Of a stretch of 46,145 nt of DNA, positions 36,874 through 46,145 are shown piece by piece. Position numbers and translations under genes: made by a program. The notes under the pieces are model-generated. The model had not been told where the DNA came from and did not search any database. It saw only the letters and a program-made list of their open reading frames with translations. The stretch comes from Ruminococcus sp. (GTDB taxonomy: Bacteria; Bacillota; Clostridia; Oscillospirales; Acutalibacteraceae): contig JBJEPA010000279.1 of assembly GCA_051880995.1 (NCBI GenBank), forward strand, positions 1-46,145, given 5' to 3'. Within the stretch, counting starts at the first letter, position 1; every line of letters starts with the position of its first letter.

Positions 36874-37165
36874 CTTCAAGCTCCCTTTCCATCTGGTCAT
36901 ACACCTCAGAAGGAATCTCTGTTTCAAGAGAACGCTCTATTCTTTTTGCCTTTCGGGCTTTTTTTAGACATTCCTTTTTCTTGCAAACATATGCCCCTCT
37001 GCCCGGCTTTTTTGATGTAAGGTCAAGGGACACACTTCCCTTTTCCACTACATTGCCGTTCTCGTCCTTTTTGTCCGGTGCCTTTACCACCCTGACAAGC
37101 TCCTTTTTAGGGAACATATTCATACATCCCGAACATTTTCTCATAGGAACTTTTTTTGTTTTCAC
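36866..37165 (-). CDS. ylxR: YlxR (DUF448) protein
   Basis: PMRKCSGC, KKELVRVV and GRGAYVC motifs. Confidence 0.9.
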   Translation of the reverse strand: MKTKKVPMRKCSGCMNMFPKKELVRVVKAPDKKDENGNVVEKGSVSLDLTSKKPGRGAYVCKKKECLKKARKAKRIERSLETEIPSEVYDQMERELEDE

Positions 37166-37228
37166 AGTATTCCTCCCTTCATTGTATTAAAATTAATTTA
37201 TCCTTATACTTGCAAGTGATTTTATGTT

Positions 37229-38299
37229 TTATTCTTCATCCTGTTCGTCTTCGCCGTAAAAACCGCTTTCAGGTCTGATGTCAATCTTCCAGCCTGTAAG
37301 TTTTGCGGCAAGTCTTGCGTTCTGACCCTTGTTGCCAATGGCAAGTGAAAGCTGATTATCAGGAACAGTAACCTTGCAGGACTTTGCCTCTTCGTCCTCT
37401 ACTGTAACCTTTACAACAGTTGCCGGAGAAAGCGCCTCTGCAACAAACTTTGTTGGGTCCTCGGACCACTCTACAATGTCAATCTTTTCTCCGCCAAGCT
37501 CTTCAACAATGGTGTTTACCCTTGCACCTTTTGTGCCGATACAAGCACCAACAGGGTCAACTGTTGTATCCTTGCTGTAAACAGCCATCTTTGTTCTGGA
37601 ACCTGCTTCTCTTGAAACTGACTTAATCTCAACAACACCGTCAAAGATTTCAGGAACTTCTGTTTCAAACAATCTCTTTACAAAGTCAGGGTGTGTTCTG
37701 GAGATAATAGCCCTTGGACCTCTGTCGCCGTTTTTAACATCTACAATGTAAACCTTAACATGGTCGCCCTCTTTAAGTACCTCTTCGCCAACCTGCTCGG
37801 ACTTTGGCAAAATAGTTTCTGCCTTGCCGATTTTGATGGTTGCCGCACCGGAAACCGGGTCGATTCTTTCAACAGTTGCTGTTACAAGCTCCTGCTGTCT
37901 TGACTGGAACTCTGCAAGCATCTGTCCCTTTTCGCCGTCACGGATTCCCTGGCGGATTACGGAACGTGCAGTCTGCACTGCAATTCTGCCCAGATTTTTA
38001 GGGTCAAGAGCAATGCCGACATTTTCGCCGATTTGTGCGTCCTTGTTAATCTTTTGAGCGTCCTCAAGGCTTATTTCGTAGTCAGGGTCAAATACCTCTT
38101 CAACAACCTCTTTGTTAATCTTAACATCAAAGGTGTTCTTGTCTGGGTTAATGTCAATGTCAACATTTTCATTGCCTCCAAAGTTATTCTTGCAGGCAAT
38201 TACGATTGCCTTCGAAATCTGAGCAATCATTGCTTCCATAGAAATTCCCTTTTCTGTTTCCAAAAGCCTCAACGCTTCAAAAATTTCTTTGTTATCCAT
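37229..38299 (-). CDS. nusA: Transcription elongation factor NusA
   Basis: ISRTHP, EVPEI, REAGSRTK and AIGNKGQNARLAAKLTGWKIDI motifs. Confidence 0.97.
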   Translation of the reverse strand: MDNKEIFEALRLLETEKGISMEAMIAQISKAIVIACKNNFGGNENVDIDINPDKNTFDVKINKEVVEEVFDPDYEISLEDAQKINKDAQIGENVGIALDPKNLGRIAVQTARSVIRQGIRDGEKGQMLAEFQSRQQELVTATVERIDPVSGAATIKIGKAETILPKSEQVGEEVLKEGDHVKVYIVDVKNGDRGPRAIISRTHPDFVKRLFETEVPEIFDGVVEIKSVSREAGSRTKMAVYSKDTTVDPVGACIGTKGARVNTIVEELGGEKIDIVEWSEDPTKFVAEALSPATVVKVTVEDEEAKSCKVTVPDNQLSLAIGNKGQNARLAAKLTGWKIDIRPESGFYGEDEQDEE

Positions 38300-38319
38300 T
38301 CCAAAATCATATCCTTTCC

Positions 38320-38802
38320 TTAAAAATCAAAATCATCTAATTTAATATACACAGCGTCCTTTTTGTTGATTGTTACTTCATTTTCTCCGCTGTGGTCGGT
38401 AATTGTTGCTGTTTGTTTGTCGGCGGACTTTAAAACACCTTTAAACTCCTTGCCGATGCCCTCTATGGGACGAATCATCTTAACCATTACATCAGCACCT
38501 AAAAACTGCTGAAAATGCTCCTCACGAACCAGCTCCCTTTCCACACCGGGGGAACTTACCTCAAGGATATACTGCTCCTTGCAGGGTTCTTTTTCATCCA
38601 AAGGCCCATCAAGGGCTCTTGACATATTTTCGCAATCGGTAATGCCGACTCCGCCCTCTTTGTCAATGATGACTCTCAGGTACCACAGTGCACCCTCTTT
38701 GAGATAACGAATATCCCAAAGACTCAGCCCCAGCTCGTCGGCAATAGGCTTTGCAATTTCCCATACCGCACTTACCGTTGAGCCTCCTTTTTTGTTAGCC
38801 AT
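38320..38802 (-). CDS. rimP: Ribosome maturation factor RimP
   Basis: IDKEGG, DCENMSR and YILEVSSPG motifs. Confidence 0.95.
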   Translation of the reverse strand: MANKKGGSTVSAVWEIAKPIADELGLSLWDIRYLKEGALWYLRVIIDKEGGVGITDCENMSRALDGPLDEKEPCKEQYILEVSSPGVERELVREEHFQQFLGADVMVKMIRPIEGIGKEFKGVLKSADKQTATITDHSGENEVTINKKDAVYIKLDDFDF

Positions 38803-38807
38803 AATAT

Positions 38808-38850
38808 CGCTCCTTTACAATAATAAAGGAGCGGTCGTATGACCACTCCT
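38808..38850 (-). promoter_or_regulatory. rimP leader attenuator-like structure
   Basis: AGGAGTGGTC-atac-GACCGCTCCT then TTATT; alternative hairpin CGCTCCTTTA/TAAAGGAGCG contains the RBS. Confidence 0.65.
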
Positions 38851-38940
38851 CTACCATAGGATATTAACTTATATTATAATAGCACACTATACTATAAAAA
38901 TCAAGCATTTTTCCTATATTTTCAGCATTTACAATACATG

Positions 38941-39297
38941 CTACTTCTTTTCCTTTGGTTTTCCAAAAAGACCTGCCAGAAGTCCAAAGAAAATTGCGGC
39001 GGCAATACCTGCACTGCAAGAGGTAAGACCTCCCGTAAAAATACCCAGCCAACCGTCCTTGGCTATTGCTGTTTTAATCCCCTTGTACAGATTATATCCA
39101 AAACCCGACAAAGGCACAGTTGCACCGGCGCCGGCAAACTCTACAAAAGGCTCATAAACCCCTACAGCTCCCAAAATAACACCTATAACAACCAGAGAAG
39201 TAAGTATCCTTGCAGGGGTGAGCTTTGTTTTATCAATGAATATCTGACCCAAAACACATATCAGACCTCCGACCACAAATGCCTTGAGATAATCCAT
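38941..39297 (-). CDS. spoVAE: Stage V sporulation protein AE (SpoVAC/SpoVAE family)
   Basis: AFVVGGLICVLGQ, KLTPARIL and AGAGATVPLSGFG motifs. Confidence 0.88.
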   Translation of the reverse strand: MDYLKAFVVGGLICVLGQIFIDKTKLTPARILTSLVVIGVILGAVGVYEPFVEFAGAGATVPLSGFGYNLYKGIKTAIAKDGWLGIFTGGLTSCSAGIAAAIFFGLLAGLFGKPKEKK

Positions 39298-39355
39298 ACC
39301 ATCCCTCTTTTCTTTGATGATATTAATTTTCCCACAGAAAGGTATTTTATACCCA

Positions 39356-39388
39356 AAAACAAAGGACGGAAAATAAAAGTTCCGTCCC
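39356..39388 (-). terminator. Intrinsic terminator
   Basis: GGACGGAA stem with minus-strand TTTGTTTTT tail. Confidence 0.7.
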
Positions 39389-39400
39389 TGGTGAATTTTA

Positions 39401-39429
39401 ATTGTGATTTATTCAGTGTTTCCTTAAAT
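39401..39429. repeat. Solo end of a family A MITE
   Basis: ATTGTGATTTATTCAGTGTTTCCTTAAAT, identical over 29 nt to 4069-4097. Confidence 0.75.
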
Positions 39430-39452
39430 TTTCTTAACGCAAAAGATATGTA

Positions 39453-39956
39453 TCAGAACAAATCCTCTTCCGCCACTTCGGAAATTTCCTCCTGATTGTC
39501 CTCTGCCGGCTTATCATCAGAAGCCTTCTCATCCTCTGCATTGCCACCATTTTCTTCAGGTTCTTCGGTTTTTTCATACTTGCTTTCGTTGGAGCAGGCA
39601 ACTGTTATATCGTCAAAATCCTCCTGTGACATTTCTTCTTTCACTTCGTCACTCTGTTTTCCGTTCATAATCTCCACATAACGCAGATGAGCCTTTTCCA
39701 TACGACTACTGCTATTTTCTACAATCTGACAGAAAAATTTATTCTCTTCTCTCTCTTCGTCTGTCATCTTCTCATAATAAAGCTTACCCAACGCCTGGTA
39801 CGCCTTAGCAATAGTTTCGTTTTCTCTTTTCATAACACCTTTCAGACGGTTAAGCTGGGCGCTCTTTCGGTTTTTATCAGCAACACACTGGGCAGCGTCT
39901 GTAATCTTTTCCTTTGCAAAGCTGATACCGTCCATAATATTATCAAAAACTGTCAT
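39453..39956 (-). CDS. Hypothetical helical/coiled-coil protein with an acidic tail
   Basis: RBS GGAGG, 167 aa, own terminator. Confidence 0.7.
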   Translation of the reverse strand: MTVFDNIMDGISFAKEKITDAAQCVADKNRKSAQLNRLKGVMKRENETIAKAYQALGKLYYEKMTDEEREENKFFCQIVENSSSRMEKAHLRYVEIMNGKQSDEVKEEMSQEDFDDITVACSNESKYEKTEEPEENGGNAEDEKASDDKPAEDNQEEISEVAEEDLF

Positions 39957-40079
39957 AATTAACCTCCCTCTATTTTTAATAATTACTATAAATATATTAT
40001 TGCAGATTTAGAGTGTAAAATCAATAAATTTTCAAAAATTACTTGCCAATAAAATTCATTTAATATATTATTGATATTA

Positions 40080-40241
40080 GGGCTTGTTTAATAAATGACA
40101 AAACGCCCAGAAAAGCGGATATTTTTCCGCAATACTGCGTTATTTTTTCTCGAAATACGCCAGTATTCCATCGAAAAAATGCCTTGTCTTGCGAAAAAAT
40201 CTCTCGCTTTTTGTTCATTTCGCTATTTATTAAACAAGCCC
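40080..40241. mobile_element. 162-bp MITE-like element (family B) flanked by TA
   Basis: Perfect inverted ends TAGGGCTTGTTTAATAAAT (40078-40096) and ATTTATTAAACAAGCCCTA (40225-40243); internally palindromic. Confidence 0.85.
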
Positions 40242-40261
40242 TAGTAAAAGGAGATGGCAAT

Positions 40262-40993
40262 ATGCAGAAAACTGTTATAAAAGAAATCATCTGCCCAAAA
40301 TGCAACGAAATAACTGAGGGTAAGCTATATACCAGCATCAATGCCACAAACAACCCGCACCTCAGGAATGAGGTTCTGGAAGAAAATCTTTTTCATTGGA
40401 GATGCCACAGCTGTGGCCATGAGGCAAGGCTTACATACCCCCTCTTGTACAACGATATGAAAAAGCGCTTTATGATTTATCTAATACCCGAGATTGACCG
40501 TTTTCAGCTAGCTGATAACGAGCTGGAGGAGGAGTTTAAGAACCTGAGGGGCATACGAAAGCGCCTTGCTCCTGACTTTAACACCTTTAAGGAAAAGCTG
40601 TTTATCTTTGAAAACGGGCTTGACGATATGGCTGTTGAAATGACCAAGCTTGCCATAAGCGAAAGCGTTGCAAGAAAGCTAAAGCTAAGGGAGGTTACCG
40701 AAGGTTACCTTTCTATGTACGACAGAGAGAGCAACACAATGGGTTTTACTTTCTTAATCGGTCTTGAAAAAGAACCATATATTCAGTCGGTGCGACTTGA
40801 AATCTACAGCAAAAGCCTTGCTATTGTTGACGAAATTGCCGACAAGGACAAAAAGCTCAACGGTTTTTTAACTATTGACAGAGAATGGGCAACCAATATC
40901 CTATACCGATACAAAAGGAGCAAGCAAAGAGCAAGAATCAAAAGAGAAGAAAGCTTTAAGGCTGAGGACAACAAAATCGAAAGCAAAGAATAA
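40262..40993 (+). CDS. CpXC domain-containing protein
   Basis: ICPKC and CHSCG zinc-ribbon pairs, YPLLYND motif; RBS AAGGAG before ATG 40262. Confidence 0.8.
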   Translation: MQKTVIKEIICPKCNEITEGKLYTSINATNNPHLRNEVLEENLFHWRCHSCGHEARLTYPLLYNDMKKRFMIYLIPEIDRFQLADNELEEEFKNLRGIRKRLAPDFNTFKEKLFIFENGLDDMAVEMTKLAISESVARKLKLREVTEGYLSMYDRESNTMGFTFLIGLEKEPYIQSVRLEIYSKSLAIVDEIADKDKKLNGFLTIDREWATNILYRYKRSKQRARIKREESFKAEDNKIESKE

Positions 40994-41006
40994 TTAATCA
41001 CTATAC

Positions 41007-41035
41007 AAAAAGGCAGTTCAAAATGAACTGCCTTT
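41007..41035. terminator. Bidirectional terminator
   Basis: AAAGGCAGTTCA-aaa-TGAACTGCCTTT between convergent genes. Confidence 0.85.
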
Positions 41036-41052
41036 ATCTTTTGCTTTTAGTT

Positions 41053-42201
41053 TTAATCCTTAAACAAATCCTTGATTTTATCCGTAAAGGACTTTCTCTT
41101 TTGGTAATGCTTGTCGGATGTAATTGATTTAAGCTCCTTAATAAGTTCTTTTTGCTTGTTATTAAGGTTTCTTGGGATTTCAACGGTAACCTTTACATAC
41201 TGGTCGCCTCTTCCCCTGCCGTTAAGGTGAGGGATTCCCTTACCCTTCAGCTTGAATATGTCGTTTGGCTGTGTGCCCTCGTGGATTGTGTACTTAACCT
41301 TTCCGTCAAGAGTAGGCACAGTGACCTCGTCACCCAAAGTAGCCTGTGCAAATGTGATAGGCATTTCGCACCACACATCGTCCCCTCGTCTTTCAAACAC
41401 AGGGTGAGGACGAACATTTACATACACATGCAAATCTCCGGCAGGGCCTCCGTTAATACCGCTGTTTCCGTGACCGGACACATTGAGAATCTGCTCATCC
41501 ATAATGCCGGCAGGAATGGTAACATCAACAGTTTTGCTCTTTCTAATTCTTCCCTTACCGTCACAATGTCTGCAAGGCTTTTCTACGATTTTGCCCTGTC
41601 CGTGACAAGCGTCACAGGCTTTCTGAGTTTGAACAACACCAAAAGGAGTTCTTTGGTTTATTGTAACTCTACCTGTACCGCCACAGGATGTACAGGTCTT
41701 TGGTGTAGTACCCTTTTCTGCACCTGTTCCGTTACATTCGGGGCAGGTGGAAATCACCTTGTACTGTACACTTTTCTTTGCTCCCTTTGCAGCCTCTTCA
41801 AATGTAACAAAAACATTTGCCTCAACATCTGTTCCTCGCCTTGGGGCATTTGGATTGGCTTTTCTTCCGCCGCCAAATCCTCCGAAACCTCCGAATACAG
41901 AATTGAAAATATCACCAAGGTCAATATCCTGACCAAAAGGACTTCCACCGGGACCGCCTGCACCAAAGTTAGGGTCAACACCGGCATGGCCAAACTGGTC
42001 GTATCTCGCCTTTTTTTCAGGGTCGGACAAAACCTCGTAAGCCTCGTTTACCTCTTTAAACTTTGCCTCTGCCTCTTTATCACCGGGATGTAGGTCCGGA
42101 TGATACTTTTTTGCACTTTGTCTGAAAGCCTTTTTTATATCTGCCTCTGAGGCACCTTTGTTCAGCCCCAGTACTTCATAGTAATCTCTTTTTTCTGCCA
42201 T
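41053..42201 (-). CDS. dnaJ: Chaperone DnaJ
   Basis: J domain with HPD, G/F-rich region and four CxxCxGxG repeats. Confidence 0.97.
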   Translation of the reverse strand: MAEKRDYYEVLGLNKGASEADIKKAFRQSAKKYHPDLHPGDKEAEAKFKEVNEAYEVLSDPEKKARYDQFGHAGVDPNFGAGGPGGSPFGQDIDLGDIFNSVFGGFGGFGGGRKANPNAPRRGTDVEANVFVTFEEAAKGAKKSVQYKVISTCPECNGTGAEKGTTPKTCTSCGGTGRVTINQRTPFGVVQTQKACDACHGQGKIVEKPCRHCDGKGRIRKSKTVDVTIPAGIMDEQILNVSGHGNSGINGGPAGDLHVYVNVRPHPVFERRGDDVWCEMPITFAQATLGDEVTVPTLDGKVKYTIHEGTQPNDIFKLKGKGIPHLNGRGRGDQYVKVTVEIPRNLNNKQKELIKELKSITSDKHYQKRKSFTDKIKDLFKD

Positions 42202-42265
42202 TATAGTCACCTCATTTTGAGAGTACATATTTCTGTAGTTATACTAATCTTCTTTGTTCCAATTA

Positions 42266-42294
42266 ATTATAACTGTACAAATCTATACTTTCAA
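42266..42294 (-). promoter_or_regulatory. Internal sigma-A promoter for dnaJ
   Basis: TTGAAA-17-TATAAT. Confidence 0.6.
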
Positions 42295-42329
42295 GTACTA
42301 TTTTATATCACAAACATAAAACACACATC

Positions 42330-42354
42330 AAAGGGCGGTAGAATACTACCGCCC
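42330..42354 (-). terminator. Hairpin after dnaK (partial terminator or mRNA stabiliser)
   Basis: GGGCGGTAG/CTACCGCCC stem with a short T tail. Confidence 0.65.
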
Positions 42355-42402
42355 AATGACTTAGGGGTTTTATTAAGGATTTCTTTGATCTGAATAATAT
42401 GA

Positions 42403-44265
<1,863 letters not shown>

Positions 44266-44341
44266 CTAAAACTATTTTTATTTTCTTTTTTATCTTTTTA
44301 TATATAAAATCTGCTTTATACTAACTCACTATACATTAGTA

Positions 44342-44920
44342 TTAATCACAGTTTGCAACCTGAACCATTGCGTGACGGATTATTTTGTCACCAATCTTAA
44401 ATCCCTTTTGATAAATTGCAGAAAGCTGATTTTCGCCCAACTCCTCGCTGTCAATCTTTGAAATTGCATTGTGAAGATTTGGGTCGAACTCGTCGCCGAT
44501 TTCTCCAAAGGATTCAACCTTTAACTTTTCCATAGAAGTCTTAAACTGGTTCTGAATCATCTCAAGACCCTTTGTGAACTCCTCCGGGGCATCCTTTGCA
44601 TTCTGCATAGCCATCTGAAGTGCATCTGCCATTGGAAGTAACTGTTCAACCGCTTTTGCAGTTGCGTCATCATAGATGCCAAGCTTTTCATTCTGTGTTC
44701 TTTTGCGGTAGTTGTCGTACTCTGCGGCAAGTCGCATATAGTTTTCTTTCTGCTTTTTCAGTTCTTCTTCAAGCTTTTCTTCCTTTGAAGGCTCCTTAGC
44801 CTCCTCTTTTTCTTCAGCCTTAGCAGATTCAGCAGTTTCGGCAGACTTTACTTCTTCCTCTTCTGACTGTTCCTCTGCATTTTTCTTCTTTGTATTTTCC
44901 TTTGCATTTTCCTTAGCCAT
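44342..44920 (-). CDS. grpE: Nucleotide exchange factor GrpE
   Basis: AEYDNYRKR, FDPNLHNA and QKGF...IRHAMV motifs. Confidence 0.96.
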   Translation of the reverse strand: MAKENAKENTKKKNAEEQSEEEEVKSAETAESAKAEEKEEAKEPSKEEKLEEELKKQKENYMRLAAEYDNYRKRTQNEKLGIYDDATAKAVEQLLPMADALQMAMQNAKDAPEEFTKGLEMIQNQFKTSMEKLKVESFGEIGDEFDPNLHNAISKIDSEELGENQLSAIYQKGFKIGDKIIRHAMVQVANCD

Positions 44921-44932
44921 TTATGTCATCTC

Positions 44933-45961
44933 CTAACCTGCCTCAAGCAGTTCATTAATTAATTCTCCGGATTTTTCTGCCACATATTCTGTTTTGGCAA
45001 CAATGTCCTTGTAGTTCATTCTCTGAGGTCCGATAACCGCCACAGCCCCTGCAAAAGCACCGCCAAGGGTATATCGGGAAACAACTATGCCGGCCTGGGC
45101 AAGTTGATACTTTCCGCTTTCTCCACCAAGATAAACCTTTGTGCCCTTTACCGAGGTAAGAAGGGAAGACACATCGTTCTGGTCACTTAAAAATTTAAGT
45201 ATATCCCTTGCCGCCATTATGTCAAGGTCGTTGACAAACAGAAGCTTTGTCATTCCGCTTTCAGCAACAGAAACCCTGGATGCATCCTTTGCTGCATCTC
45301 TTATTGCCAAAAGTACATTTGGCATAAACAGTGAAAGTTCCCCAAAGCCAAGGGCTGTTGTCTGAATAAACGCCTGTGTTATGTCCTTAAGTGGCAAGCC
45401 CTCAAACCTTTCGTTTAGCGCCCTGTCAAACACCCTGAGCATATCAGGAGTGATAACAAACTCTGTGCGGAAAAGCTGGCTTTTTACCATACCTGTTGAT
45501 GTAATCAGCACAACCATACCTGTATGCCTACCTGTTTGTACAAACCTCAGCTTGTGAACTCTTGAATCCTGTGAAGGAGGAGTTGTAGCAACCGCCGGCA
45601 GATTAGTAATCTCTGTAAGCAATGAGGATGCCGCCTTAAGCACCCCCTCGGGAGAATCTGCACTTCGTGTTAAATATTGGTCAGCATACTGTCTGAGCCT
45701 TTCATTAACAGGAGTTTTCTCCATCAGGTTATCTATATAAAATCGATAACCCCTTTCTGACGGGATTCTTCCTGCGGAAGTGTGGGGCTGAATTAGATAC
45801 CCCTCGTTTTCAAGGTTTGCCATTTCGTTCCTTATTGTGGCGGAAGAAACACTGAAATCAAGGAAAGACTGGAGGGTTTTTGAGCCTACCGCCTCGCCGT
45901 CGGAAATGTAGCTTTCAACCACACAAGCGAGTATTTTCTTTTTTCTTTCCGAAAGACTCAT
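44933..45961 (-). CDS. hrcA: Heat-inducible transcription repressor HrcA
   Basis: SSATIRNEM, QPHTSAGRIPS and IGPQRMNY motifs. Confidence 0.96.
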   Translation of the reverse strand: MSLSERKKKILACVVESYISDGEAVGSKTLQSFLDFSVSSATIRNEMANLENEGYLIQPHTSAGRIPSERGYRFYIDNLMEKTPVNERLRQYADQYLTRSADSPEGVLKAASSLLTEITNLPAVATTPPSQDSRVHKLRFVQTGRHTGMVVLITSTGMVKSQLFRTEFVITPDMLRVFDRALNERFEGLPLKDITQAFIQTTALGFGELSLFMPNVLLAIRDAAKDASRVSVAESGMTKLLFVNDLDIMAARDILKFLSDQNDVSSLLTSVKGTKVYLGGESGKYQLAQAGIVVSRYTLGGAFAGAVAVIGPQRMNYKDIVAKTEYVAEKSGELINELLEAG

Positions 45962-45986
45962 CACAAACCTCCTTTGTTTTCTTGAT

Positions 45987-46013
45987 TTAGCACTCGTTAT
46001 CTTTGAGTGCTAA
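45987..46013. promoter_or_regulatory. CIRCE element (HrcA operator)
   Basis: Exact TTAGCACTC-N9-GAGTGCTAA. Confidence 0.97.
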
Positions 46014-46024
46014 CCACTATTAAT

Positions 46025-46053
46025 ACTTTAGCACCCCGAGTGCTAAAAGTCAA
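46025..46053 (-). promoter_or_regulatory. hrcA promoter containing a second, collapsed CIRCE-like palindrome
   Basis: TTGACT-17-TAAAGT; TTAGCACCC-C-GAGTGCTAA at 46028-46046. Confidence 0.6.
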
Positions 46054-46145
46054 TACTTTTATAAAATTTTCTGAAAATAATAAATTTCTTTGACTTGCCT
46101 CCTCTTTATATATATAATAGTATTACTATTTACAAAAGTTTAGGG

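Noticed and set aside
40060-40353. 97-aa minus-strand ORF and the 40184 extension of the CpXC ORF
   Set aside because: Both are read through the MITE; the RBS supports ATG 40262.
41152-42093. 313-aa ORF antisense to dnaJ, and similar ORFs opposite dnaK, infB and glgP
   Set aside because: Long antisense frames are an expected by-product of codon bias in highly expressed genes.

Overview
Chromosomal window from a low-GC, probably spore-forming Firmicute; gene content suggests an Oscillospiraceae/Ruminococcus-like Clostridium (inference). Most of it is housekeeping: split transketolase, coaBC and coaX-birA, citrate synthase, T-box-controlled ilvB, mtnN, rsmE, pncC, malQ-glgP, leuCD, the rimP-nusA-ylxR-L7Ae-infB-rbfA-nrnA-truB operon, spoVAE, and hrcA-grpE-dnaK-dnaJ with CIRCE. 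The best candidate for an uncharacterised system is the minus-strand cluster at 1334-6094: a circularly permuted ATP-grasp ligase, an alpha-E protein, a transglutaminase-like protein and two M14/ASTE-ASPA peptidase paralogs (one intact, one apparently catalytically dead), with a degenerate asparaginase upstream. Its leader has a promoter-proximal terminator overlapped by an ANTAR-like hairpin, and a similar arrangement lies upstream of citrate synthase, hinting at nitrogen-responsive antitermination. Non-coding structure includes two MITE-like families sharing a covarying core hairpin (one copy sits in a terminator loop, one between a promoter and its RBS), a dRS3/REP-like repeat, and an orphan copy of the 3' end plus terminator of the Ig-domain gene. 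No transposase, integrase, phage, CRISPR, rRNA or tRNA was seen. All family calls come from reading motifs by eye, not from database searches.
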